Positions 1-13,300 of a stretch of DNA of 64,000 bases are shown one piece after another (position 1 is the first letter of the stretch; every line of letters begins with the position of its first letter). Source of the DNA: Blepharisma stoltei ATCC 30299 (taxonomy: Eukaryota; Protista; Ciliophora); the NCBI GenBank assembly GCA_965603825.1, contig CBFDEM010000025.1, positions 62,001 through 126,000 of the forward strand. Direction: 5' to 3'. The position numbers and the translations under genes are program-made. The notes under the pieces are model-generated. The model saw only the letters and a list, made by a program, of their open reading frames with translations. It ran no database searches and was not told where the DNA came from.

Positions 1-356
1 CGAATTCATCTTTTGCGATGCTGGATTATGGAAGTGATGCTTCTGTTATTAATATTATTGAAGAAATACATGTGATTTGCTTCAAAACCCCAATGACTGG
101 AACTGAGTATTATCCGTACATAGCGAGGGTTAATGCAGTTCAAGATGAAATTTTAGCTGAATTTAAACTCGCTGATCACGATTCAAAAAATATTATAAAT
201 GATCAATTAACTCAGATAATGAATACTACTATAGTATACTCAGTAGCTGTGCTTGTATTATTTTTCTTTTACTATTGACCGTATTTTAACAATCAAAGGA
301 AGCAATTTGATAGGTTTTCAGTGCTTCCAACGATATTAATGATGGATCTTGAATAG
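1..356 (+). CDS. 3' end of PAS-domain multi-pass membrane protein (TmcB/TmcC-like), array copy A0, truncated by the window edge
   Basis: ORF 18..278 reads through TGA (YY-W-PYF, matching YYWPYF in copy A1) to TAG at 354-356. It is closely similar to the C-terminus of A1. Confidence 0.85.
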
Positions 357-3329
357 GTGAACATACATACTTATTTAATCATAATAGATTTTATTAATAT
401 ACAAATGATTAATTGCGGCTTTAAACAAGATAATAAGATATATTACATTAGAATTTTTAATTCTCTATAGAAGCTACTAAAATTTCAATTGGGACTGTAC
501 TTGATAAATTAAAAATATAAAATAAATTCAATCAAGAAATCACTTTAGCAAATAAAAGGCTAAAATCTGATTTTTCAATGAAGTTTATTTTAAATAGCTA
601 CTATTAAAAAATTAAATGCATATCTTATTAGAAATATCTAGTTTTATATAAAACTTTATCAAATAATGCTAAAAGTTTCAAATTTGCTATAATTAAGTCT
701 ATTATTTTTTATCAATTTGAATTTTAATAATTGAAACCATAATTTATGTCTAAAGCCTGAGAAAAAGAAAATACAACTTTTAAATTTCTACCAAAATCAC
801 AACTTTTTAAGTTGAAAATCTTTTTATATAGTATTTTGGCTCAGCTATTTGAGGTCCAATACAGTCATACATCTCCATACAAAAGGCAGCTGCTATATGA
901 AATTGTGATGAATAACATTTTAGCTTTACAAGTAATTTCGTTGAGCTGGTACCCAAATTTAAGCATCTCTGGATGGTCGAGCTACAAACCATTTTGAGAA
1001 ATTTTTGGTTACTTAAGCTATGACTCTATATGTGCAGAGCTAGGAATAATGAATTTCTGTTTCTATGGGACTATTTATTGATATGAGCTGAAGTTGGGTT
1101 TTTAGGTATTTTTGGGTATTATATATCAATAAATAAAAATCCACCTGAATCTGTAGCCCTTTTTCCAAGAAAGGTATCACTGTTTTTCACAACCATCGGA
1201 ATGATCCCAAGCTTTATGATAATACTGAATATTTTTAAGTATTCTATAATTGGATCGTCTTCAACAGAAGAATATAATGGAAATGCCAAAGGGAGCGATT
1301 TAAATTATAGTTACTTTGGGATTTTATTCCCTTTATTCTCTATTTTGATATTGCTTCTTTTCAATTTTTCTTTTGAAGTGTTCTCATGTGATATGCAGCA
1401 CACACACCACAAGAAAAACATAAAGGCAAGATGCTCTTCACAATTGAGCTTGCAAAATAGAGCTTTTTTCCTATTTATGTGTATTCTTTATGTCTCATGT
1501 GGAAAAGAAAATATTTTGGTATTACAAGTATCAGGCTTAATACTATCACTGTATCTGGTTATTAAAAATATATGAAGTTTACAGTATTTCAATAGCATTG
1601 AAAATAGTATTGAAATATTCAAAATTACTTCAATTTCATTGACCTTACTAATTTTTATTTTTGGCGAAGTCATGGATAATTCAGAGATTATCATGATTTT
1701 TAGTATAATTTTACAGCCAATTGCTGCCTATTTAATTGTAAAACTTGTGTTCCACAGATATAAAAAACTAAAAGAAAATAGTGAAATTCAAAAAACCAAT
1801 ACGAATTTGAAAGAAAATTCAGGCATATTCTGACTGGGGAAAATAAAGAAAATGATATAGGAATTTTAGATTTGTATCGGAGTTATTGAAATATGCCAGG
1901 ATTTATGAAAAATAAAATTTTTGCTATATGAGAATTTAATGCTGTAATTTCAATAATAAAAGATGAAAGATTGGCAAGAGTAAAATTTTCAAAAATTACT
2001 AAAGCAGATTTTTCAATAGAAGGCGATATTCAAGAATGAAAAATAAATAAATATTTTACAAGTGGAAAATGCAAGAATTTTCCAGATACAAGCTTTTTAA
2101 AATTTTTACAAAAATTCAGTAAAGTGAGGTTTAGGGATGAAGGGATTTGCGATACGCTGATAAAATTATATACTGAATTTAGCTCGAGAAAGCCAAGAAT
2201 TTCAGTATTGATGAATTTAGTTGACGAGACAGGAAAAAGTCTTGATGAAGTAATGGATGGGTATAAAAAGTTAATTGAAATACATAAAAACGTTGAATGC
2301 TATGATAATTATGCGAGTTTTCTAGAAAATATAGTAAATGATGCAGAAGAGGCAAATTTGATACACAGAAAAAGGAATGTATTGAATATTAATAATGCCA
2401 GAAACGACTATCAAAACTTAGAAAATTATGGCAAAGATGTCGGGATTTTGCTAATTTTATGCTCAGATGAAGCTTTTGGAACAATTGTCTATATTAACGA
2501 AAAGGCTTCACAGATTTTAAAAGTTTCCACAGCAAATGCTAATGGAATTTCTCTGTCAAACTTCATCCCTCATACTTATGGCAACTTACATGAGAAATTA
2601 ATGAAAAATCTTGTAGAAGAATGTAAAAATGTAGATATTTCTTCTCATAAAACTCAATGTTTTGTGACAAGTGATGGATTTTTAGTAGAGAGTTATGTCA
2701 TGATTAAATTGACTGTATTTCACAATTCTCTTTATTTTTTAGCATCAGTTAAGCCTCGATCGGCAACTAATAGAGAAGTTGCTATAATTTCTGAAGAAAA
2801 CGTGATTATAAATCACTTAGAACTATTTAGCCATTACTTAAATAACGATACCAAAGACCTTAAAAGTTCCCTTCTTTCTGATATTATTCCCCTTAATATT
2901 GCAGAAATGCAAGATTATAAGCCATGGATTATCAAATTCAACGAAAAACCTCTTGCTTTTGTGCGTATCAAAAAAGCAATAAAATCGGTATCATTTTATT
3001 GCTTGCTTATGATTCATAATGATAATGAAATTCATGAATGGGAAATAGGGAATAATGAAGACCAAGAAGAATTCCTTGGAAGCGCTTATCGAAAAGAAAT
3101 AGCTGAAAAAGCCTTATTAAAACACAAATTTAGTGAAATTATTGAATATACGCCAAAAGAAATTGATTATTTAATTAGCAGCAAAGAAAATGGAGAAATT
3201 CAATTAGAAAATACCTCAAAGCCTTCTACATCAAAAAGCAGCAGAAGCATTTATTCAAGCCACTCAAAGCAGCTGCTCTTAAAATCAAAGCAAAAAGTAA
3301 GGGTTCTCCAATGAGTTTTATTTATTGTG

Positions 3330-3344
3330 GTAAAAAATATTTAG
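3330..3344 (+). other. 15-nt spliceosomal intron (A1 intron 1)
   Basis: gtaaaaaatatttag. Removal restores WVLFIV|ILSVI, as in the intronless copy A2. Confidence 0.9.
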
Positions 3345-3734
3345 ATACTTTCCGTGATCATTACAATGATAGGGATTTTAAATTATATAATAGGAGACGT
3401 TTCCCATACCTCAAAAATGAGTTCCTTAGGAGACCTTGGCAAGCTTTTATATAACTTAGAAGCTGTAACAGACTCTATTAGAACTTTAGAAAAACAAATT
3501 AAAAGCAATTCTACCCAGGCTCAGAAGGATAGTAACACAAAGGTTTTTCTTGACCTTTTAGACGATTTAGACATAATTCGTGCGAATCTTTTAGGCGATT
3601 TTGATGAATGGAGCTTCTGTAATAGCGCTGAAATAATATCAAGACCTATTATACCTTTATGGAATTTTGAAAAAGAAAGACCGAAAATCGATTATAGTAA
3701 CCTTTATAACACACTCAGTAAATTTATATCAAAT

Positions 3735-3749
3735 GTAATCGTTATTTAG
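3735..3749 (+). other. 15-nt intron (A1 intron 2)
   Basis: gtaatcgttatttag. Removal gives KFISN|GK, matching the intronless RFIIN-GH of A3. Confidence 0.9.
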
Positions 3750-5144
3750 GGGAAAAATATGATTACTGAGATAGCCTTAAAACAAAACTATTCTGCAAAT
3801 TCGAAGTTTTTATTTTTGAATGGAATTAGTAATGGTTTTGATTATTCAAATAAAACAGCCAATGAAATCATTAATTGTGAAATAAGCAGAGTTTTGCTGA
3901 CAGGGACAAATATATATGCACTTATCATCGTAGGAATGTTTATGCTTGTACTTCTTATCCTAGTGATCTGTGGATTCGCAGCACTAGTGTCTCGGACTTG
4001 TGACGATTTTTGGAATTTTTTGCTAAATAAAGGACAAATCTCAATGGCAAGGCTTAAATCTGCCTCGCTTGACAGATTAATGGTAGTGCATGGCATTGAT
4101 TATAATATTGAAGCACCCTCTGAATCAATCAAAAATAACCGTTTTGTCCATAAAGTTAAGTCAAATTTATATATGAAATTCATGTGGAGAATTTTTATAT
4201 TTTTTTTAATTGCAGCTTCTTACTACTGTTTAATATGCTTTCACATGTACCCAAGCTGCGAAACAATGATGATAAAACGCCCGAAACTTTTAAACAATTT
4301 TAATGCAAAAAGAGCTTTAATTTTTAGACTCAGCATTTTCGCAAGGGAATGCATGAGTCCTTATATGGTCTCAAATTTTCAAAATTCATATGATTTTCCT
4401 AATCCAAAAACAATGCTAAATAAAACATATGACCTTTTAAAGCTGAGAATAAAAGAGCTAAAAGACGAAAATTTTTCGATTTTAATGTCTGAAGAACTAT
4501 TAGACAGAATTTATAAGACCGCTAATTCCTCTAATGAGCTATTAAAATATGGAAGTGATGCTTCAGCTTTTGGAATCACAGACGAAATCTATAGTATTTC
4601 ATATAAAACTTCAGTAAGTTCAGCTGAGTATTATCCTTATATTGCAAGAATCAATGCTGTCAATAATGAAATTTTATATGAATTTTCACTTGCTGATCGT
4701 GATTCAAAAAATATTATTAGTAATCAATTGAATGCTATAATAAATATTACGATAATATACTCTATAGCAGTTTGTGTGCTATTTTTTGTCTATTATTGGC
4801 CTTATTTCAGCTATAAAGTAAAGCAATTTAATAGACTTTCAGTGCTTACAACTATATTGGTGATGGAATCTGAATAAAAATCAGGCTAATAGATTATTAA
4901 ATTAATAATATCTTTAATAATTAAATGCTTTTTAACCCTGCAACCATGGCCTCACCATAATTTCGAAAAAGAGGATTTTGCTCTTTTACCATAAGTTAAA
5001 AATTATACACCATTTTGTATATGAAGAAATCCCTGAGCAGCACATGAAACTTCGATAAAAGTCTCTATGAAAGCATCTGATAAAAAAAAGCGACAAAAAT
5101 AAAAGAAACCGATTTATTACAAGCAAAGAGCTGCCAGACTTAAC

Positions 5145-8073
5145 TTAATTTTTATTCTTTTTTAATCGTTTTAATTTGATAATACACTTTGCGACTGTAG
5201 AAAAAATCCCTACAAATCTTATAGCTGTTTTTCTGATATTTATATTAGCAGCACTACTTTTATGACCAGATGGTTTTTTGCTTTGCATATGTCTGATAAT
5301 CTCAATAAACTTATTACAAATTTCTGAAATGTCTTTATGTCTTTCATTTTCTTTAGCTTCTATTATATGTTTGTATCCTAAATATCGAATATCATGAGCA
5401 TGGAATTCTAAAAACGCATGCTGGCTTTGAATTACTAAGCTCCATAGTCTATTATGAATATCTTCTAAATTTCATATTCAGTACTCTTCAATTGGAACTT
5501 CATATTTATGCAGAATTAAGGACTCCAGTTTGCGGTATTTATAGCTAAGCTCTGATATACCCATACTGTGAATTGTGTGCTTTATAAGCTCAATGTTTTC
5601 TTCATCAGCTACATGAAGTTGGTAAATTTTATTCATTCTTTCAGCGTATTTTCCTGATTTTGTATCGATTTCATGATTAGAAGTGAGAGGAGGGCAGCTT
5701 CAGTCACCTTTAATAGAAAGCAAATCATATAGTAGGCTACTTTCATTGGCAACTAAAAAGAAGGTATCTGCTGTGATTTTTCCATTAGAAATGCTTCAAC
5801 AATCTCTATATAATTTAATGATAGTGTAATCTGAAATATTGGCAGAAATATTTTTACATATTGATTGGAAAATATTGAAACTTATATAAGAATCTTCTTG
5901 GGCTGGAGATTTTTCAAATAATTCTACAACTGATCTGTATTTCATCTGCTTCTCGTTTTTATAGTATTCTAGCATAATTCTCAATACGAGAGAGCATTCT
6001 AAGATCCTTATTCCTCCTTTGGTTTTGGATTTATCATAAAGAATTGCTACTAAGTCTTCTAAATTTTCTTTTGGAATCTCAGTCATGACTTTTTCAATTA
6101 TTTCTAAAACTCGGCTGTATTGAACAAAGTGAGCCACTGCAGTCTTGGCTTGAGGATAATTTAGCTCTGGACCTCTAAACAACAAATATCTACAATGCAA
6201 AAAAAATCCTAACTCATCCAGCATAAGATCTTCGTTTAAAAATTCTTTAAAAGTGTTTATTTCCCACAATTTCTTTGAGTTTTCTTGAGAAATTCCTAAT
6301 AAAAACTGAAATTTGATCTCGTCAGTTGCATCTCGCTTTCACCATTCAAGCTCTTTTACAACCCTTGAATTTTCGTCAATTGTAAATTGACCGAGCCAAG
6401 CTAGCACAAAGTCAAGGAACCTTGAAGGAGCCCTTAAAGGTGATGAGGCACATATTAAATGCTCAAAAAATTTTGAGTCATAAATTCCTCTGATCACCAC
6501 ATTTACCCAATTTTTAAAGGGCGGGCTGTATTTTGCCCTTTCTAAATCTGGCGCATCAAGAATTTGTGCAAAAGTTGGCCTAATGTATTTAAAATTTAAT
6601 AAGTTGGCTTGATTGCTTTCTCTGCTGAATGACCTTGATAATAAATTATGTTTTGGTCTAAATAAAGATCCAGCTGTAGCTTTCAGCTTGTCGAAAACTG
6701 GATCAGATAGTGGCACCATAATTTCTAAGTCAGTCTGTGACGTATCTTTATCAGGCCCAATTAATTCTAAATTGGCTTGTGAAAGCTCTGAGTTTATTGC
6801 ATCAAATTTTTTTTTCAGGTCGTTTAAGCCTTCTGTCTGAATTGAATAATTTTCATTTAATTCGGAATTTTTATTTTTTTCTGCCTCTAATTCTACTTTT
6901 AAAGATAAATTTTCATCAAAATATTTTTTGACTTTGGATTGTTCCTCCATCAATAAATTATCGAATTCTTTGGCATTTTTTTCTTTTTCAGATAGCAAAT
7001 CTTTTACATTCCCAAGCTCAAATTGTAGCTTGTGTATCATTAATTTGCAATTTTCGATTTTTTTCCTATATTTTTCTAATGTATCTTCAAGATTTGTTTT
7101 TTCTTTTAAAATAATTTCTGTTTTTTCTTCGTTTTGCTTAACTTTTAATGTAGGCTCATATAGTATTTTTTCTTGGTCTTTAAGAAATACTTCTAGCTTA
7201 GCCTTTTCCATATTTCAATGCCTTTCTTTTGCTTCATAAAATAGTGATTCCCCAGCGTTTTTTTGAGATAAATTATTGATTTTCTTTTTCATGTCTTTTA
7301 TTTTTCGTTTTGCTTTATTGCATTTTTCTGTCAAGTCTTTTACCAAATTTGAATTAATTTCTGCACTGTTTTGGTTTTCAAGTGATTTATCGAAAATTTC
7401 AACTAATAAGTCTATAGACTCAAAAGCCAGTTTTTCAATATGATGGCTTTCACATAAAGCATGCTGCCTATTTCCTGGAGTAAACCAGTTACACAGTATA
7501 AACTATTTTAATTTTACTGTTTTTGACATAATTTCTGCAGCCTTCTGTAGATTTGAAAACGGTAACAGCATTTGTCTCACATTTAGCATTTCCTGATGTA
7601 AAAAATACGTTAATTCTATTTCTTTCATTTTCCATTCGAGAGTCAATTTCTTTGCATTCTTCAATCTCCATCATAGCATTTGCTGACGCTTGGCTAGAGT
7701 CCCCGCTGTTTCTTTTAAGCCGGAGATTGTATTTTTCTAAGTAGTCAATTGTAGCTTTTCTCGGCTCATATGATTTTGGTGATGCAAACATCAAGCTTGT
7801 ATTAGGAGACGATAAGGTATCTCTATTTGAAGATTTTCTTGACATTGGCGATTTTCTTATATTTCCTGTAAGCGTTCTTCTGGAGCTATGATATCTATAT
7901 ATAAAAGAATTCGGAGATTTTTTTGACTGATTGCTTTCAGGCGGGATTTCAGATGATAAAGATTGCTTGGAAGTGTCATGGGATAAAGAAGTGTTGTGCA
8001 TATGATGGGCTGGAGATAGATTATGGATTGAAAACCCTGATCTTGGCTTGGGAATTTGTTCATTTTTACTCAT
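5145..8073 (-). CDS. Uncharacterised ~965-aa protein: Ser-rich N-terminus, central coiled coil, helical C-terminal region
   Basis: ORFs 7489..8073, 6339..7211 and 5796..6269 join through introns 7593-7608 and 7503-7517 and through TGA=Trp. Stop is TAA at 5145-5147. Confidence 0.75.
7503..7517 (-). other. 15-nt intron
   Basis: gtaaaattaaaatag on the minus strand. Removal deletes an in-frame TAG. Confidence 0.8.
7593..7608 (-). other. 16-nt intron
   Basis: gtattttttacatcag on the minus strand. Removal supplies the frame change needed to join the downstream ORF. Confidence 0.75.
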
Positions 8074-8449
8074 TTAATTAGGAATATTATCGCACAGCTT
8101 TGTGATGGCTGAAAAATCAAATTTCTTGTAGATTTTTATGTTAAAGATAGTAAATTACTTTTAAATTTTTTTTATTTTTCTTAGTGTTTTGCTCTATATT
8201 ACGAAACAAAAACACAAAGTGTTCTTGATATTTTAATATAAAAATATCTAAAATGTTTAGTTAAATACAAACCTCAGCTTGGATTCATAAAGTAGCTTTA
8301 AAACGCTTCTGAATTTAGCATCCGATTTGTAACTCTTTTTTGTTTATTTTCTACAATGTAGGGGTTTTTTTATTATCTTTATTTCCTTGTCCATTTTTTT
8401 CATATAAAATGCTTCCACACAATGATTGGGATCTTCTTGGCTAAATTGA

Positions 8450-9100
8450 ATCTTTAGCTTCATTAAATAATTGTTTTAAGGATTGAGAACTATTTGGCCT
8501 TGAGTTCGGATTTGGCATCATTAACTTTTTAATCCACTTTATCATTTCTCTTGAGTTTTGGTTTGAAATTTGCTTCAGCAAAAGGAACTTTACAATCTCA
8601 GTCTGTAGAACTAGCTCTTTTTTATTATTTCCAGATCACGGGGTTTTAACTCTAAGTTGCATAAATAAGACTACCCCAACTCTAAAAAATCAACTTTACT
8701 TCCATTATGTCTCTTTTTAATATTTCTGGAGCTGTAAATTCAGGAGAACCACATATTTGAGTTAATTTTTCTGTATTTATGCATGAAAGTCCAAAATCGC
8801 CGATTGATTTTGGTGTTATTATTTTTTGAAACCATAAAGATGCTTTGCAACTTAAATATTTTTAGGGCATTTAGTAGGTGTTCTATAAGGATAATGGCTT
8901 TTTTGTCCGTAATAGGACCATTTTTAGAATTCTTTGAAATAAATCACCCCCCTTAAGCATAATCCAGGACTAAATGCGTATAATGAGGGCTCTCATATAT
9001 TTTATGAATTTTTATGATGCTCTTGATCGATGATCAAGCTATTAATCAAATTCTGTTTATATTTAACATAGAAGTGCTTTTCATTATCCCTTGGCTTATT
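8450..9100 (-). pseudogene. Decayed Ser/Thr protein kinase (CAMK-like), absent from the ORF track; boundaries approximate
   Basis: Minus-strand fragments in shifting frames read IIKIHKIYESPHYTHLVLDYA*GG, IGDFGLSCINTEKLTQICGSPEFTAPEILK (DFG at 8790-8798, APE at 8724-8732), GSKVD, and IKKLMMPNPNSRP. There are multiple frameshifts and stops, and no HRD motif. Confidence 0.85.
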
Positions 9101-10377
9101 CAGAAACCGTACAATTTTTCATAACAAACGGCTCAATTTCTTTCATACTATTTGGCATTTTTTATTAAGTTTCATTGATTCAGTTTTTGATCTTCATAAT
9201 TAATTTCTTGTGAAGTAAAGTATCGCTTTTTGACCTTACTGCTAGGGTCAGTTCAAAAAGAACCCAGCATGAATAAGATCGGATGGGGAATCAGTATTTC
9301 CCTCCTAAAAGCAGAAACCTTGAGACTAATCTATGTTTGAAAATATTGACTGCGGTTTAAAATTATTATCGATTTAAATAGTCAATATAAAATGGCTGGC
9401 AATTTTATCTTAGCCATTATTAAATGCTTATAATCAAAATTTGCATTTATTATAAGTTCTTTTGATTGGTAGAGCTTAAGAATAAATTCTGAAATCCTTT
9501 ATTATTATCAATGAATTATAATATAATTTAGAAATTAATTAGCATTTGCAAATATAAATAAGATGTTTTATATATTAAATTACTTTTCAAAATCAATTTG
9601 CTAATTTAATTTATTCTAATGTATTTTTATAAACTATTATGGCTTCCATTGATATAAAATCATATTTAAACGGCATATTTGGAAAATTTATTTATTTTTC
9701 AGATCATTTAATTGGATCTGAAAATCACAGCATTCTTGAGTTGTGATAATTATTTAAGTCATTTTAATCAAAGATTCTGTGTAAATGCATGGCTGATTAA
9801 GCAGATTTTAGGAATTTAAGATATCACTTGCTTAATAGCTTAATTTTTAATTTCTGTTTTTGAAGGAGGGTACTAGATAAATCATTTGCCTGAGTATACA
9901 ACAACCATTTACTTGGCGACCTTATCCCTAAATTTTTGGGTTTTTGAGTTTGAATACTTCGAGTTAATTGAAAAGCCTTGCATGAATATTATTAAATTCG
10001 AATTTATGGTAAAAAATATGCAGGCCTTTTAGGATTTTATTTATAAATTCAAGTGATGGATTTATAAAATTTAATTAGAATTTGAGGAAATATCATCATA
10101 AAAAAATTCACCTCTAGATTTTATAAAAAGTTCTTTAATTTAAGGAATTTATTTAGATAACTAAAAATAAAGAGATATTTGATTAACAAACCTCTTCTTT
10201 TTTTCTTTAAATTATAAATTTTAATTGAAACTATTATATTATCATTGCATTTACTAAGTGTTTGATTTTTAAGACAATTAATACATGAATTCTGATTGTT
10301 TCTATTGAGTTAAATTTTATCGTTTTATAATTTTTTTTATCTATTACCCTGCTCATAAATTTAATTAATTATAAAAA

Positions 10378-13300
10378 ATGCTTGCTATCCAGGAAGAAAT
10401 GGACTCAAACCATAAAGCAAATAAAGATAATGATCGATTTTTATCCCAGACTCTATTTTCCAACAAATTTAAGAGCTATTTTTTTGGCTTTTTTGGGCAC
10501 CTTTTTAAGATGAAATATAGCAGAAAAACAAAGTTTCAAGTCCAAGTCGTATATGAAATTACCCTTAGCATTATAGTAGTATTACAATTGACGTCACTTA
10601 CCTGGCACCCAAAAATGAATATAACTAATTGGGAATCTTACATGGATTTTTGGCAGTATATAGGATTTCTAAGCTATGACGAAATATGTGCCGAAGCTCA
10701 CAGTATGAATTTTTGCTTTTATGGCACACTTTCATTGATTGGAATTTGCTATGTCACTTTTGCAATTTTTGGAGTTTCTATTTATGCAGACAAAGAAATC
10801 TCAGCACGTTTTACAGTTGTAACTAGAAAAATTGCTTTACTACTAACAACTGTTTGCTTTATCCCAAGTACAATGATTTTTTTATTAGTTATTAAATATT
10901 CAATTGTAAATACTAATGATATTACAGAGTATAGTGGGTCTACAAAGGCAAGTGAATTAAATTATGGGCCAGCTGGTTTTATATTTGGGATTGTTTTTTT
11001 ATTTTCCTTAGTATTTATAAATTTATCTTGTGAGAGTTTCTGCTGCGATGTCAAGCATTCTCATCAGAAATACAATATAAAATCAAGATCCAGCGTAAAT
11101 CTTGACCTGCATAGAAGAATTTTTTATGTTTTTATGTGTATTTCTTATATCATTTTTGCTGGCTATAATATATATATTCATCAAGTTATAGTATCTGTAT
11201 ATTCTTTTTATCTTGCTCTACAAGGAATATTGAGTTTGAACTATTATAATTCTATACAAAATTCAATTGCAGCTTGGAAAATAGCTTCAGTAATGACAAG
11301 TGCTATAATTTTTTTATTCGGGCAAATAATAGATAACCCTGCTGTCATAATTCTTTTTAATATTTTTGCGCAACCGTTAGTTTTACTCATAGTTATTCGA
11401 TTAGTGCAACTTTATACCAAACATCTTCCAAATTTTGCTTCAAACCCTAAGAATCAGTTTGAATTTGAAAGAAAATATCGACATTTGCTTACAAATGAAA
11501 ATCTCGCTGAAAAATCTAAAGTTTTAACTCATTTTAAAAATTTTGCAAAATTAAGCACTTTTGAAAAGAACAAGCTTTTTGTTATTTGAGAATTCAATTT
11601 TTGTGTATTCGTGGTAAAAGATGAAAGACTAGCAAGAATTAAACTCGCTAAAATAAAACAGTTTAAATCCTCATTTGAAGGAGAAGTTCAAGAATGGAGA
11701 ATTTTTTGTTGGCTCATTATGAGAAAATGCAAGATCTTTCCTGACACCAATTATTTAGAATATTTGAAAGAATTTAACAGGATTAAAAATCAGGACGAAA
11801 CCTTATGCCACATGATAGTTGAGCTGCAATCTGAATTTTCTTCATCATCGCCAAGAATTGATAAAATTATAAATTTCGTGAAGCGGACTTCTAACTTAGT
11901 CAAAGCAATCCAAAAAGGCTATAAAAACTTGGTAAATAAATATAAAAACCCAGAATCCTACGATATATATTCAACGTATCTTGAAAATATAATCAATAAT
12001 AAAGAAGAAGCTGAATTAATTATAAGGAGAAAAGCCGGGCTTAATGTATATAGCAAAAAATCTGAGCAGTCTTTGGAACAGTATGGCAAAAATACTGCAA
12101 TTATGCTTTTAGCTTGCTCAGCCCATTCATTTGGAAAAATTCTATATTTAAATGAAAAAACTACCAAAATTTTGAAAATTTCTGGCTCAGGCTCTTATGA
12201 GACATTTTTAATGAATTTTATACCACAACCTTATGATGCGCTTCATGATAAGCTTATGAGGGAATTTGTGAAAAATTGTGACACAATTGATGTCCAAGGC
12301 CATGATAATTTATATCTCAAAGACCAGCTTGGATTTTTGATAGAGTGCAATATACTGATAAAATTGACTGCTTTTCACAACTGCCTTTATTTTTTGATTT
12401 CATTTAATAAAATAATTACTAATAAGCAAGCTGCGGTTATTTCTGATGAAGGGTTTATTACATGCCATTCTGAGCATTTTCCTTATTACTTAAAATCAGA
12501 AGAAAAATACCTAAATAACAAAAAATTGTCTGATTTATTGCCAAACTTAAATTTTGAAAATCTCCAAGAAAATGAGCTTTTTGTATGCCAAGAAGGCACT
12601 ATGACCAGAAAAACTTTATCAATATCAGACAAAACTATTAATTTTTTAATAATTATTCCCAATGAAAATGATATAAAAAATAGTCCTGAAAACCAAACTG
12701 ATCATTCCGAAATAAGAGACACCACATGTGAAAATACCCAAGATTTAAGCATTTTTAGTAGCCACCTTGACAGGAAATTGCAGCAAACAAATTATTCTTC
12801 TTCTATTAGATCAATTGACAACTCATTTATTAAAGGCATGTCTAAAGATGACAAATTCCATGAAGAAAAATCTATGTCTTTTGAGAGGGCAAGAGCATTG
12901 TCCACAAAATCAAGTATTTTTTATATAGATTACGCTAAAAAATTGCTTTCAGAATCAAGAATAAGAATAAAGGTACTACAATGGGTGCTTTTTATTGCAA
13001 TTTTGTCAGTTATAGGGACAGTAGCTGCGATATTAGGATATATGGTAAGTGACGTGTCTTATTCTACATCAATGAGCTCATTTAAATTGATAGGAGATTT
13101 ATTATATAATCTTGGATCTGCATCTGATATGGCAAGAACTATGGATCGAATGATATTTATGAACGTCTCAAAGCCATTATTAGTAAACCATATGCATTTA
13201 TATGAAAACCTCATTGCTGAGCTGGAAAATATAGAAAATCATATTCTAGGGGATTTTTCACAATGGAGCTACTGCTCTGCGGCTGACATACTTCATGATT

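Larger units (their letters stand above)
812..4877 (+). pseudogene. Array copy A1, TmcB-like PAS membrane protein, probable pseudogene
   Basis: Collinear with paralogs, but no intact in-frame start is found. One 1-nt deletion lies near 1073-1076 (after FCFYGT) and another near 1789-1791 (EI-x-KNQYEFERKFRH). Introns at 3330-3344 and 3735-3749. Ends at TAA 4877. Confidence 0.75.
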
